A stretch of 32,000 bases of DNA from Pasteurella multocida. Its GTDB lineage: Bacteria; Pseudomonadota; Gammaproteobacteria; Enterobacterales; Pasteurellaceae. The stretch lies in contig NZ_LT906458.1 in the NCBI RefSeq assembly GCF_900187275.1, positions 2,190,001-2,222,000 of the forward strand, written 5' to 3'. Of this stretch, positions 10,839 through 19,794 are shown piece after piece. Numbering within the stretch: position 1 is the first letter of the stretch; every line of letters starts with the position of its first letter. The notes beneath the pieces are model-generated. The model saw only the letters and a program-made list of their open reading frames with translations. It made no database searches and was not told the DNA's origin. Made by a program: the position numbers and the translations under genes.

Positions 10839-11684
10839 TTACTCTGGGGTAATCCATTTTACTGTCCAGCTTCCCGTTCCTTCTGGAACCAGGACATCAG
10901 TTAAATAAGGTAAGATGTTTTGCATTTGCTGTGTTAATGTCCAAGGTGGATTAATAACAATCATTCCACTTGCCGTCATGCCACGTTGGTCACTGTCAGG
11001 ACGTACGGCAAGTTCAATTTGTAAGATCTTACGGATCCCAGTCTTTTCTAATCCTTTAAGGATACGTTTTGTTTGTTGACGTAGCACCACAGGGTACCAA
11101 ATGGCATAAATGCCAGTGGCAAAACGTTTGTAGCCTTCTTCAATCGCATTGACCACCAAGTCATAATCCTCTTTCAATTCATAAGGGGGATCGATAAGCA
11201 CCAAGCCACGTCGCTCTTTGGGAGGTAAGGTCGCTTTCAGTTGTTGAAAACCGTTATCGCGTTTCGTGGTGACATTGTCAAATTCTTTAAAATTATTCCG
11301 TAAGAGTGGGTAATCGCTAGGGTGCAACTCTGTGAGTAAAGCACGATCTTGTGGGCGTAACATCTTAGCCGCAATCAGCGGAGAACCCGCGTAATAACGT
11401 AATGCTTTGCCGCCATAATTGACTTGTTTAATTAATTTGATATAGCGAGCCACTTCCTCAGGTAGATCATCGCGTTGCCAAAGGCGAGCAATGCCTTGTT
11501 CAAATTCTGCGGTTTTTTCCGCCTCTTCACTAAATAAACGATAGCGTCCAACGCCGGCATGAGTATCTAAATAGTAAAAGCCTTTTTCTTTTTGTTGAAG
11601 ATTTTCGATAATTAGCATTAAAACAAGGTGTTTTAACACATCAGCATGGTTGCCCGCATGGAAACTGTGACGATAACTCAGCAT
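10839..11684 (-). CDS. rlmJ: 23S rRNA (adenine2030-N6)-methyltransferase (YhiR family)
   Basis: The MLSYRHSFHAGNHADVLKH N-terminus and the DPPYE motif are characteristic of RlmJ. It is adjacent to gor, as in E. coli. The start is taken at the MLSYRH methionine rather than 7 codons upstream. Confidence 0.85.
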   Translation of the reverse strand: MLSYRHSFHAGNHADVLKHLVLMLIIENLQQKEKGFYYLDTHAGVGRYRLFSEEAEKTAEFEQGIARLWQRDDLPEEVARYIKLIKQVNYGGKALRYYAGSPLIAAKMLRPQDRALLTELHPSDYPLLRNNFKEFDNVTTKRDNGFQQLKATLPPKERRGLVLIDPPYELKEDYDLVVNAIEEGYKRFATGIYAIWYPVVLRQQTKRILKGLEKTGIRKILQIELAVRPDSDQRGMTASGMIVINPPWTLTQQMQNILPYLTDVLVPEGTGSWTVKWITPE

Positions 11685-11780
11685 AATAGCGCCTTTCAAA
11701 TACAAGTAAGTAAATCGGTATTATAAAGATTTTTTCATGAAGCGCTATTAAAGTTGTGAAACATGCAAGATGAGATGAAA

Positions 11781-11789
11781 AAGTGCGGT
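11781..11789 (+). repeat. Uptake signal sequence (Hin-type USS), intergenic rlmJ-pdxT
   Basis: Exact AAGTGCGGT preceded by AAA and followed by CAAATTAT. Confidence 0.85.
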
Positions 11790-11811
11790 CAAATTATGAG
11801 ATTTTTTAAAA

Positions 11812-11837
11812 GAGGATGTGCGAGTGCTCACATCCTC
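11812..11837 (-). terminator. Rho-independent terminator downstream of pdxT
   Basis: GAGGATGTG (11812-11820), an 8-nt loop, then CACATCCTC (11829-11837). On the minus strand the stem starts 8 nt after the pdxT stop and is followed by TTTTAAAAAAT. Confidence 0.55.
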
Positions 11838-11844
11838 AAATAGA

Positions 11845-12426
11845 CTAACACATTTCTAAAAAGTGTTGCATGACGCGCAGATCTGTCGTCAGTTCTGGGT
11901 GAAAGGCACAAGCCAACAAATTTTGTTGTTTCGCGAGGACAACATGCCCCTGAAAAGTCGCTAGACATTGCACTTTTTCATGATTGATTTGAGCAATATG
12001 TGGTGCTCGGATAAAAACCGCAGGAAACGTTGTAGCAAAGCCTTCAATTTCAAGGGCGGTTTGAAAGCTATCCACTTGTCGCCCAAAGGCGTTGCGTTGC
12101 ACACAGATGTCCATTAAACCTAAATGCACCGTAGGATCATTTTCTAATTGCTTTGCGAGTAAAATCATGCCGGCACAGGTGCCGAAAATACCTTTACCTT
12201 GTTTGGCAACATCTTGAATTGCCTCAATAAACCCATATTGATGCATTAATCTGCCAATGGTCGTGCTTTCACCGCCCGGGAGCACTAAACCATCAAGTGC
12301 GGTCAACTCTGAGACAGTTTTGATTGCACTGGCGTTGGCACCAAGTTGTTCAATTTGGCGCAAATGTTCGCTTACTGCTCCCTGCAGAGCTAACACGCCA
12401 ATGTGTAAATGTGAATAGTCTTTCAT
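11845..12426 (-). CDS. pdxT: Pyridoxal 5-prime-phosphate synthase, glutaminase subunit
   Basis: 193-aa class I amidotransferase (GVLALQGA, GTCAG nucleophile elbow, FHPE). It lies 2 nt downstream of pdxS. Confidence 0.9.
   Translation of the reverse strand: MKDYSHLHIGVLALQGAVSEHLRQIEQLGANASAIKTVSELTALDGLVLPGGESTTIGRLMHQYGFIEAIQDVAKQGKGIFGTCAGMILLAKQLENDPTVHLGLMDICVQRNAFGRQVDSFQTALEIEGFATTFPAVFIRAPHIAQINHEKVQCLATFQGHVVLAKQQNLLACAFHPELTTDLRVMQHFLEMC
12296..12304 (+). repeat. Uptake signal sequence (Hin-type USS), inside pdxT
   Basis: Exact AAGTGCGGT 9-mer. Confidence 0.8.
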
Positions 12427-12428
12427 AC

Positions 12429-13316
12429 TTACCAGCCACGCTCTTGCATTCTTTCATGTTGTTGCAGGCGGGAAATCTCAATGCCTTTCATCGGTTCGCC
12501 TAATTCTCCCGATAAACGGGCGATCAAATCATAATCTTGATAATGAGTGGTCGCCTGTACAATGGCTTTGGCGAATTTTTCAGGATGTTCAGATTTAAAA
12601 ATTCCTGAACCAACAAAGACGCCATCAGCACCTAATTCCATCATCAAAGCCGCATCGGCTGGTGTTGCCACTCCACCTGCGGCAAAATTTACTACCGGTA
12701 ATTTACCTAATGCTTTGATTTGTAATAGTAATTCAAAGGGTGCGCTAAGATTTTTGGCCTCGGTCATGAGCTCATCATGGTTCATGGCGACGACTTTGCG
12801 GATTTGTGCATTGACTTTACGTATATGACGTACCGCTTCCACAATATTACCTGTGCCCGGTTCACCTTTGGTGCGCAACATTGAGGCACCTTCACCGATA
12901 CGGCGTAATGCTTCGCCTAAATCACGGCAACCACACACGAACGGCACAGTAAATTCACGTTTTAACAGATGAAATTCATCGTCAGCAGGAGTTAATACTT
13001 CGCTCTCGTCAATGTAATCGACACCCATTGCCTCTAACACGCGGGCTTCGGTGATATGCCCAATTCGAGCTTTCGCCATGACTGGAATTGATACCGCATT
13101 CATCACCTCTTTGACAATTTTCGGATTTGCCATGCGTGCGACACCGCCCGCCGCACGAATATCAGAAGGCACTCGCTCTAACGCCATGACAGCAACCGCA
13201 CCAGCCGCTTCGGCAATGCGTGCTTGTTCGGCATTCACCACATCCATAATCACACCGCCTTTTTGCATTTGTGCCATACCTCTTTTGACGGTATCAGAAC
13301 CTAAAATCGTATTCAT
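12429..13316 (-). CDS. pdxS: Pyridoxal 5-prime-phosphate synthase, lyase subunit
   Basis: 295-aa ORF with the highly conserved [38 protein letters not shown] and [14 protein letters not shown] motifs. Confidence 0.95.
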   Translation of the reverse strand: MNTILGSDTVKRGMAQMQKGGVIMDVVNAEQARIAEAAGAVAVMALERVPSDIRAAGGVARMANPKIVKEVMNAVSIPVMAKARIGHITEARVLEAMGVDYIDESEVLTPADDEFHLLKREFTVPFVCGCRDLGEALRRIGEGASMLRTKGEPGTGNIVEAVRHIRKVNAQIRKVVAMNHDELMTEAKNLSAPFELLLQIKALGKLPVVNFAAGGVATPADAALMMELGADGVFVGSGIFKSEHPEKFAKAIVQATTHYQDYDLIARLSGELGEPMKGIEISRLQQHERMQERGW

Positions 13317-13426
13317 ATTTTGTCTCCTTTTATCATGTATTGTTGTGTATAAACTGCTGCTATTTTTGCGCTTATTTAGGTATGATTAAAAGTGTCAAAA
13401 AAGAGAAATTTAATGAGGTCAGAGTG

Positions 13427-14839
13427 ATGCGTAAATTGAATTATCAGCTTGATAAGGGGAAAAAAGAGCCCTTGTATTTACAACTTTATCAACAGCTCCG
13501 TGATTTAATTTATACACAGCAGCTTGCATTTGGAGAGCAATTACCTTCAAAAAGAGCCTTATGTGATTATTTGCAGATCAGTCAAAATACCGTGGAAGCT
13601 GCCTATGCGCAGCTACTCGCAGAAGGTTATATTGAATCCATTGCACGACGTGGTTTTTTTGTGTGCTTTCAACCTTCTTTGTTTTTTTCAGCACCAAAGC
13701 AAACACAACCCCATACTGTAGCACTTCGCCATAGTACGATAGCCTTTGACTTTAATCCCCACTATATTGATAGTAAACATTTTCCGTTAAAAAACTGGCG
13801 TAAGGCGGGTAAAGCGTTATTCCAAGCACGCCATTCAAGCTTATTAGGTCTTGGTGATAAACAAGGGGAAAGTCACCTTAGACAGCAGATTTGCGATTAC
13901 CTTTTTTCATCGCGCGGTGTGAAATGTCATATTGATCAAATTATCATTTGTGGTGGTTTGGAAAACGCGATTCAGCAACTGATGTTGTTGTTTACGCACC
14001 TTTATCAAACGCCTGTTGTGCACTATGGTATGGAATTTTATGGTTATCAGACTTTAGAAAAGCTATTAACATTAGCCCACCAGAAAGTGATCAAGTTGCC
14101 TCTGAATGCAGATGATCAACAGCTTGACCTTGATTTTTTAGCGCAAAGTTCAGTGAATATTGCGTGTGTAACGCCGTCGCATTTGTATCCCTTTGGTCAT
14201 GTGCTTTCTATTACACAACGTCAACAATTACTAGCTTGGGCAAAAGCACAGCCACAGCGTTACATTATTGAAGATGATTATGACAGTGAATTTCGTTACC
14301 AAGGTAAACCAATCCCTGCGTTACAGAGTTTAGATAAGAATGACAGTGTGATTTATCTAGGTTCTTTTTCGAAGTTATTGATGCCTTCTTTGCGGGTTTC
14401 GTTTATGGTACTGCCCACGTCATTACTGGCAGCATATCAACAACATTGTGGGTTTATTAATTGTGCGGTTTCTCGCTTTGAACAGCAGCGTTTGGCTTAT
14501 TTTATGCAGCAAGGTGAATTTGAAAAACACATTAATCGTATGCGTAAAATATATCGACGAAAAATGGCACTGCTGTGTAGTTTGCTTGCACCTTATGCAA
14601 CTCAAATAAGATACTATGGTGAACATTCGGGATTTTATTTACTGATTGAACTTATTGCGGAGTCAAGAAGTTTAGAGACCTTAACACAATTGGCTTATGA
14701 CAAGGGGGTTAAAGTGTATCCCGTAGATTGTGCGGCGCGTAGGTTATTTTCTTTAGGCTTTGGCGATTTAAGCGAAACACAATTAGTGGAAGGCGTCAGC
14801 TGTTTATTGAATGCGTGGTTTGCACAAGACGCTATTTGA
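13427..14839 (+). CDS. pdxR: MocR/GntR-family transcriptional regulator with an aminotransferase-like domain (PdxR-type)
   Basis: It has an N-terminal winged-helix region (PLYLQLYQQLRDLI...LPSKRALCDYLQISQNTVEAAYAQLLAEGYI) and a fold-type I aminotransferase-like C-terminal domain (SFSKLLMPSLRVS). It is divergent from pdxST. The start is set at ATG 13427 (MRKLNYQL) rather than the TTG at 13340. Confidence 0.8.
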   Translation: MRKLNYQLDKGKKEPLYLQLYQQLRDLIYTQQLAFGEQLPSKRALCDYLQISQNTVEAAYAQLLAEGYIESIARRGFFVCFQPSLFFSAPKQTQPHTVALRHSTIAFDFNPHYIDSKHFPLKNWRKAGKALFQARHSSLLGLGDKQGESHLRQQICDYLFSSRGVKCHIDQIIICGGLENAIQQLMLLFTHLYQTPVVHYGMEFYGYQTLEKLLTLAHQKVIKLPLNADDQQLDLDFLAQSSVNIACVTPSHLYPFGHVLSITQRQQLLAWAKAQPQRYIIEDDYDSEFRYQGKPIPALQSLDKNDSVIYLGSFSKLLMPSLRVSFMVLPTSLLAAYQQHCGFINCAVSRFEQQRLAYFMQQGEFEKHINRMRKIYRRKMALLCSLLAPYATQIRYYGEHSGFYLLIELIAESRSLETLTQLAYDKGVKVYPVDCAARRLFSLGFGDLSETQLVEGVSCLLNAWFAQDAI

Positions 14840-14852
14840 GTGAAATAGCGTC
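14828..14852 (+). terminator. Stem-loop overlapping the pdxR stop codon (possible terminator)
   Basis: GACGCTATTT (14828-14837), loop GAGTG, AAATAGCGTC (14843-14852) form a perfect 10-bp stem. The downstream T-tract is poor (TTAAAAG), so terminator function is uncertain. Confidence 0.4.
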
Positions 14853-14856
14853 TTAA

Positions 14857-14865
14857 AAGTGCGGT
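14857..14865 (+). repeat. Uptake signal sequence (Hin-type USS), intergenic pdxR-mrcA
   Basis: Exact AAGTGCGGT followed by CTGTTTTAG. Confidence 0.85.
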
Positions 14866-14870
14866 CTGTT

Positions 14871-17432
14871 TTAGAAAAGTTCTTCCCGTTCTTGGATTGG
14901 GGAATTTTCGTTTATCTCATCAGATGGGATGTAGTAGCCTTGTTCTTCTACATAACTCCGTTTAGGTTCTGTACCATTGATAAAATATTCCATTCGTCCA
15001 CCAGATTCCGTGAGTAAGCCAGAACCCGTATCAATGCGTTTTTCAATAATATTGGGTGGTGGACTCAATTTACGTTCTGGAATATTTTCTAAGCTTACTT
15101 GCATATAGGCTTGCCACGCAGGTAAAGCCGTTTTTGCCCCTGCTTCGCCGCGCCCTAAATTACGCTTATTGTCGTCGAAGCCAACATACACAGCGGTGGT
15201 TAAATGTGCGCCAAAGCCAGCGTACCAAGCAACTTTCGAATTATTCGTAGTACCGGTTTTTCCTCCGATATCTTGACGTTTAAAGGCTTTAGATAAGCGC
15301 CAGCTAGTCCCCACCCAGCTTTTACCCGGCTCGCCATAAATAGCGGAGGTTAAAGCACTGCGAACTAAAAAGGCCAATTCACCGCTAATCACGCGCGGTG
15401 CATATTGGGTTTCAGCATTATCTGTTTTAGCCGCAGCCATAAAGCTAAGATTATTTTCATCTAATTGTGTTTGTGCCGTTGGTTGAAGTTCTGGCAAGTC
15501 AGGGATCAAATCACCGACATCGTTTTCTTCTTCCCCATTGATATTGGTATCGAAATTCTCTGTTAAGCTTAAGTCGTAGTTTTTAAATGCATCCAGTTTT
15601 TCAGTTTCACCATAGAGCACAGGAATATCATGACAGCTAATACAGGCAATTTTCGGATTGGCTAAGAAAATCTCTTTGCCCGTATTGTCTAAAATACGAT
15701 TAATAATAAAGGGATCAACTAAGAAACCGCCATTGTCAAAGACCGCGTAGCCTCTTGCCATTTCAAGTGGAGTAAAAGAGGCCGCACCTAAGGCAAGAGC
15801 TTCACTGGCTAAGTATTGATCGCGTTTAAAACCAAAGCGTTGTAAGAATTCTGCTGTAAAATCAATGCCCGCCATTTGCATCGCACGAATCGCAATCATA
15901 TTTTTTGATAATCCTAAGCCAACCCGCAAGCGCATTGGTCCATCAAATCGATTTGGTGAGTTTTTTGGCTGCCAAGGTTTTTGTCCTGCTTTTTGTATGA
16001 CAAGAGGCGAGTCTTGTAAGACGCTTGAAAGTGTTAACCCTTTTTCTAATGCGGCCGCATAAATAAACGGTTTAATTGAAGAGCCCACTTGGACTAAAGA
16101 TTGTGTAGCACGGTTAAATTTGCTTTGTTCGAAACTAAATCCACCAACTAAGGCTTCAATTGCACCATTATCACTATTTAAGGATACCAAGGCAGAGTTG
16201 ACTTCCGGCACTTGAGCCAGAATCCATTCCCCTTTCTCTTTTTGACGAATCCAAATTTGTTCGCCTACTTTTGGTGTTTTTTTACCCGCCCAACGCATAG
16301 CATTGTGTGATAAGGTCATGCGTTCACCTGAGGCTAGAAGAAGTTCTGCTCCGGTTTTGCTGATATTCATGACGGCAGCCGGTAAGAGCGGTTCAGAATG
16401 TGGTAATTTTTTTAAGAAACCTATGATACGATCATTGTCCCACACCACTTCGTCTTTTTGCCAAAGTGGCGCACCGCCACGATAACCATGGCGCATATCG
16501 TAATCAATTAAGTTATTACGTAAGGCTTTTTGCGCTTCAGCCTGATCTTTCGAAAGCACCGTAGTATAAACTTTAAAACCGCTAGTGTAGGCTTTTTCTT
16601 CACCAAAACGTCTGACCATTTCTTGACGTGCCATTTCAGTGACATAGTCTGCACGGAAATCAATTTGTGCACCATGGTAGCGCGCGACGATAGGTTCTTT
16701 GATTGCCGCGTCATATTCTTCTTGTGTGATGTATTTAGTGGTTAACATCCGTCCTAAGACAATATTACGGCGTTCTTGCGCCCGTTTTAATGAATAAATC
16801 GGGTTCATTGTGGAAGGTGCTTTAGGTAAGCCAGCGATAATCGCAATTTCGGACAAGCTTAGTTGATCGAGCTCTTTGCCAAAATAGGTTTTGGCGGCAG
16901 CGGCAACGCCATAAGAACGATAGCCTAAATAAATTTTGTTCAGATAGAGTTCTAAAATCTCATTTTTACTTAGTGTATTTTCGATATCAATGGCTAAAAC
17001 GGCTTCTTTAGCTTTGCGTTCAAGCGATTTTTCAGGGGTTAAGAAAAAATTTCGTGCTAATTGTTGAGTAATTGTACTGGCGCCTTGTGAAACGCCTTTC
17101 TTCGTAACCGCGACCATAATGGCACGCGCAATGCCAATAGGATCGAGCCCATGATGTTCATAGAAACGGTTATCTTCTGTTGCTAAAACAGCATGAATCA
17201 GTTGTTTTGGAATTTTATCCAGTGGCACTGGAATCCGACGTTGTTCTCCCACTTCGCCAATCAGTTTGCCATCAGCCGTATAAATTTGCATTGGCTGTTG
17301 TAATTCGACTGTTTTTAGGCTTTCTACATCCGGTAAGTCCGCCTTTAAATAAACATAGATCGCACCTAGCGCGAGACAGCCTAGTACGATGAGCGTGAGC
17401 AGGGTACTGAGTATTAGTTTTGCGATCCGCAT
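14871..17432 (-). CDS. mrcA: Penicillin-binding protein 1A (bifunctional glycosyltransferase/transpeptidase)
   Basis: 853-aa ORF with an N-terminal TM anchor, the GT51 motifs (ATEDNRFYEHHGLD, GASTITQQLARN), the transpeptidase SSIKP active-site motif and KTGTTN. Confidence 0.95.
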   Translation of the reverse strand: MRIAKLILSTLLTLIVLGCLALGAIYVYLKADLPDVESLKTVELQQPMQIYTADGKLIGEVGEQRRIPVPLDKIPKQLIHAVLATEDNRFYEHHGLDPIGIARAIMVAVTKKGVSQGASTITQQLARNFFLTPEKSLERKAKEAVLAIDIENTLSKNEILELYLNKIYLGYRSYGVAAAAKTYFGKELDQLSLSEIAIIAGLPKAPSTMNPIYSLKRAQERRNIVLGRMLTTKYITQEEYDAAIKEPIVARYHGAQIDFRADYVTEMARQEMVRRFGEEKAYTSGFKVYTTVLSKDQAEAQKALRNNLIDYDMRHGYRGGAPLWQKDEVVWDNDRIIGFLKKLPHSEPLLPAAVMNISKTGAELLLASGERMTLSHNAMRWAGKKTPKVGEQIWIRQKEKGEWILAQVPEVNSALVSLNSDNGAIEALVGGFSFEQSKFNRATQSLVQVGSSIKPFIYAAALEKGLTLSSVLQDSPLVIQKAGQKPWQPKNSPNRFDGPMRLRVGLGLSKNMIAIRAMQMAGIDFTAEFLQRFGFKRDQYLASEALALGAASFTPLEMARGYAVFDNGGFLVDPFIINRILDNTGKEIFLANPKIACISCHDIPVLYGETEKLDAFKNYDLSLTENFDTNINGEEENDVGDLIPDLPELQPTAQTQLDENNLSFMAAAKTDNAETQYAPRVISGELAFLVRSALTSAIYGEPGKSWVGTSWRLSKAFKRQDIGGKTGTTNNSKVAWYAGFGAHLTTAVYVGFDDNKRNLGRGEAGAKTALPAWQAYMQVSLENIPERKLSPPPNIIEKRIDTGSGLLTESGGRMEYFINGTEPKRSYVEEQGYYIPSDEINENSPIQEREELF

Positions 17433-17439
17433 CGGGAAA
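17418..17439. promoter_or_regulatory. Candidate CRP-S (Sxy/TfoX-dependent CRP) site of the comA operon promoter
   Basis: TTTTGCGATCCGCATCGGGAAA matches the Pasteurellaceae CRP-S consensus TTTTGCGATCnnGATCGCAAAA at 17 of its 20 specified positions, including the diagnostic C6 (TGCGA, not TGTGA). It lies about 140 bp upstream of the comA ATG and overlaps the mrcA start codon (17430-17432). Confidence 0.5.
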
Positions 17440-17567
17440 TTCTCTTTAGTTTAATGTTTGTTTATTCAAAACTCGAAAAAATTGTACACAGTATAAAGAC
17501 AACAAGACTAAATCCAAAGCTAAAAGTGCAGTAAAAATGTAAATACTCAGTAAAGAAGTACAGAAAA

Positions 17568-18341
17568 ATGATTAAATTATCATCAGGTTTTATTCAAATT
17601 GGTCTATGGCAAACACAAGAAAAACTCGAGTTGGTTTGGTTAGATGAGCAACGTCAACCGCACGTCTTATTTTGTGCGCTTCCTCACCTTTCCACGCTTG
17701 ATCAATGCGTTAGAGCGAATTTAGCTCAGCATAAACTTCAGCGACGAAAACACTATTTTGTAGCAGCGATCTCACCCCACCAGATTTGGAGCAAAACAAT
17801 TTTATTTCCTCATCCTCTCTCGGAAAGCGAATGTGAAGCACAATGTAGTTTATTGTTAACGCAAGAATTACCAATTACTTTATCTCAGCTATGGTTTGAT
17901 TATTGCGCAGAACAACGACAACAAGGCTTTAGACTCACAGTTTTTGCTTTGCAACGTAGTATCGCTGAACAGTATTTAGCCCCTTTATCTCATGTGGATG
18001 TCCGTGTGTTGGATAACGTTGTGTATGCCTTATTGCGTGCGTTTCAATTTCTATTACCAGATGCAAACTATTCAAAAACATTACTACTGTATCAAGATAC
18101 ACAAGGTTGTATCGCAATGCAAAAAAGAGAACATCAAGTCGTGTATATACAACAGGCGATGGCAGATTTGAATAGCACTTATACACAATTTTGCCAACGC
18201 TATCCGACAGAGATCGAGTCTGTAGTTGTGTATCAAACAGAAAGAATAAGCGCGCTACTTCCAACAGACTGGACGATGTTACAAACAGAAGTCCCTTTAA
18301 TCGCACTAGGGAATGCTTTATGGCATGGAAAAAGTGATTAA
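17568..18341 (+). CDS. comA: Competence/type IV pilus assembly protein ComA (PilM/HofM-like)
   Basis: 257-aa ORF. It is the first gene of a five-gene cluster divergent from mrcA, exactly as comA in H. influenzae and hofM in E. coli. The assignment rests mainly on synteny and size, since sequence conservation in this family is weak. Confidence 0.7.
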   Translation: MIKLSSGFIQIGLWQTQEKLELVWLDEQRQPHVLFCALPHLSTLDQCVRANLAQHKLQRRKHYFVAAISPHQIWSKTILFPHPLSESECEAQCSLLLTQELPITLSQLWFDYCAEQRQQGFRLTVFALQRSIAEQYLAPLSHVDVRVLDNVVYALLRAFQFLLPDANYSKTLLLYQDTQGCIAMQKREHQVVYIQQAMADLNSTYTQFCQRYPTEIESVVVYQTERISALLPTDWTMLQTEVPLIALGNALWHGKSD

Positions 18342-18380
18342 TTCAGGTTGAGATTTATTACATGGAGTGAAAACAAACAC

Positions 18381-18896
18381 ATGAAACACACAATTAATTT
18401 GTTGCCTTGGCGAGAAAAAAGAACAAAACAGCGTATCAAGACAGCTAGCGCACAATTCGCAATACTCATTTTGTTGAGTAGTTTTGGTTATTTTTATTGT
18501 TTTGAGCAAACCGCGTTATTCAAGCAGCAGATTTCAATACAGCAAAACATCCAAGCACAAATGCATACTGAGCAACAGACAGTGAGTCAACAGATTCAAC
18601 GTTTAAAACAGCAGATTGTTTTATCTGATACGGTATGGTTAGCACCGACTGACTTTTTAGCTTTATTAGCCTGTTTATCAGTCCTCCCCTTAGGTAAAGG
18701 TGAATTGACTTACCTACATTTAGATAACGAGGTTTTGACCGTACGAGGGCAAGTTGAAAAACAGCAAGAGTTTGAGCAAGTACACCAATATTTCTTAGCA
18801 CAACCTCTTTTTACAAACGTGGTATTAGCGGAAATGAAGTCAGAATTAGAGCATATTGTTTTTGAAATAGTATTAACGATAAAAAAGGCGCAATGA
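18381..18896 (+). CDS. comB: Competence/type IV pilus assembly protein ComB (PilN/HofN-like)
   Basis: It has the PilN-signature N-terminus MKHTINLLPWREKR followed by a single TM helix (FAILILLSSFGYFYCF). I prefer the ATG at 18381 over the TTG at 18348. Confidence 0.75.
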   Translation: MKHTINLLPWREKRTKQRIKTASAQFAILILLSSFGYFYCFEQTALFKQQISIQQNIQAQMHTEQQTVSQQIQRLKQQIVLSDTVWLAPTDFLALLACLSVLPLGKGELTYLHLDNEVLTVRGQVEKQQEFEQVHQYFLAQPLFTNVVLAEMKSELEHIVFEIVLTIKKAQ

Positions 18897-19420
18897 TGTT
18901 GAGTAAAGTATTACAGGCAAAATTAGATCGTTGGTTTAGGTTTTCGCTTTTTCAACAAATAGGGTTATTTTTTGTGGTGTTCGGTCTATTGCTGATGTTT
19001 CCGCTTTCAAATTATTGGCAAGTACGACAAACGTTAAATCAATTCGTGTTAGAAGAGAAGGCGCAAAAGCAGGCATTGCAACATCAAAAACACATTTTAG
19101 CCAGTTTAGAGCGAAATAATCTGCGCCAGCTAATGCCCCTCGATGTTGCACATCGACTTACAGAAATTAATCAATTTCTTGAAGTCCAACTTGCTCATTT
19201 ACCTGAGCAAGCGACTCAATGGACATTTCAACCCTTTCCTCAGTTAGTGTTGCATTTTAAGAGTGATTTTGAACAATGTCAGGCTTTTTTCACGCAATTG
19301 TTAACACAATATCCACAATTATTCTTACTTTCATTACAAATCATGAAAAATGAAGAGGGTGAAGAAAGCACAATTCAAACTGAGGTTTCCTTTCAATTAC
19401 AGTTAAAACAGGATAGTTAA
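18893..19420 (+). CDS. comC: Competence/type IV pilus assembly protein ComC (PilO/HofO-like)
   Basis: 175-aa ORF overlapping the comB stop (ATGATG). It has an N-terminal TM helix followed by a coiled-coil-like Q-rich region. It occupies the third position of the operon. Confidence 0.65.
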   Translation: MMLSKVLQAKLDRWFRFSLFQQIGLFFVVFGLLLMFPLSNYWQVRQTLNQFVLEEKAQKQALQHQKHILASLERNNLRQLMPLDVAHRLTEINQFLEVQLAHLPEQATQWTFQPFPQLVLHFKSDFEQCQAFFTQLLTQYPQLFLLSLQIMKNEEGEESTIQTEVSFQLQLKQDS

Positions 19421-19422
19421 CG

Positions 19423-19785
19423 ATGAACATCAAGATCATCTTTCTTTTATGTGGACTTAGCTTCACGGTCTGCGCTGATCCTTTTGATAAAAATAAAAGA
19501 GAGCAGCATGCGTCTAAGGCTTCAGTTTGTCATACCGTGGCGACGACAGTCTTTGCGCAATATCCTTTGTCGGCATTGAAGTTAATTGGTGTGTTACAAC
19601 AAAACAATGCATGGCAAGCCTTCTTTATGGATGATAAAGCCCAGATCGAAATGGTTACTGTAGGACAGTTTTTAACCGCCGAAGCCTTGAAAGTCAAACA
19701 GATAAGTCAATTTGGCGTTGAGTTATCTTATTGGAAGAATAAGCAAACTTGCACGGATGAAGGGATACTATCACTCAAATTTTAA
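19423..19785 (+). CDS. comD: Competence/type IV pilus assembly protein ComD (PilP/HofP-like), with a signal peptide
   Basis: 120-aa ORF starting 2 nt after comC. It has the signal peptide MNIKIIFLLCGLSFTVCA. It occupies the fourth position, immediately upstream of the secretin gene. Confidence 0.6.
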   Translation: MNIKIIFLLCGLSFTVCADPFDKNKREQHASKASVCHTVATTVFAQYPLSALKLIGVLQQNNAWQAFFMDDKAQIEMVTVGQFLTAEALKVKQISQFGVELSYWKNKQTCTDEGILSLKF

Positions 19786-19794
19786 GGAAAGATT

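Noticed and set aside
13340-13426. A Cys-rich N-terminal extension of the pdxR ORF ([19 protein letters not shown]...), starting at a TTG.
   Set aside because: MocR regulators begin close to the winged-helix domain. ATG 13427 (MRKLNYQL) fits that expectation. The extension would begin only 24 nt from the divergent pdxS start codon and so consume most of the shared promoter region, and it depends on a TTG start.
17523-17531. Degenerate USS-like 9-mers: AAGTGCAGT at 17523, AAGGGCGGT at 12052, ACCGCACTG at 2672, ACCGCACGT at 17657, TTGTGCGGT at 14461 and GGGTGCGGT at 23133.
   Set aside because: Each has one or two mismatches to the core. Uptake efficiency drops sharply with core mismatches, and such near-matches are expected by mutational decay or by chance. 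They are not listed as features.
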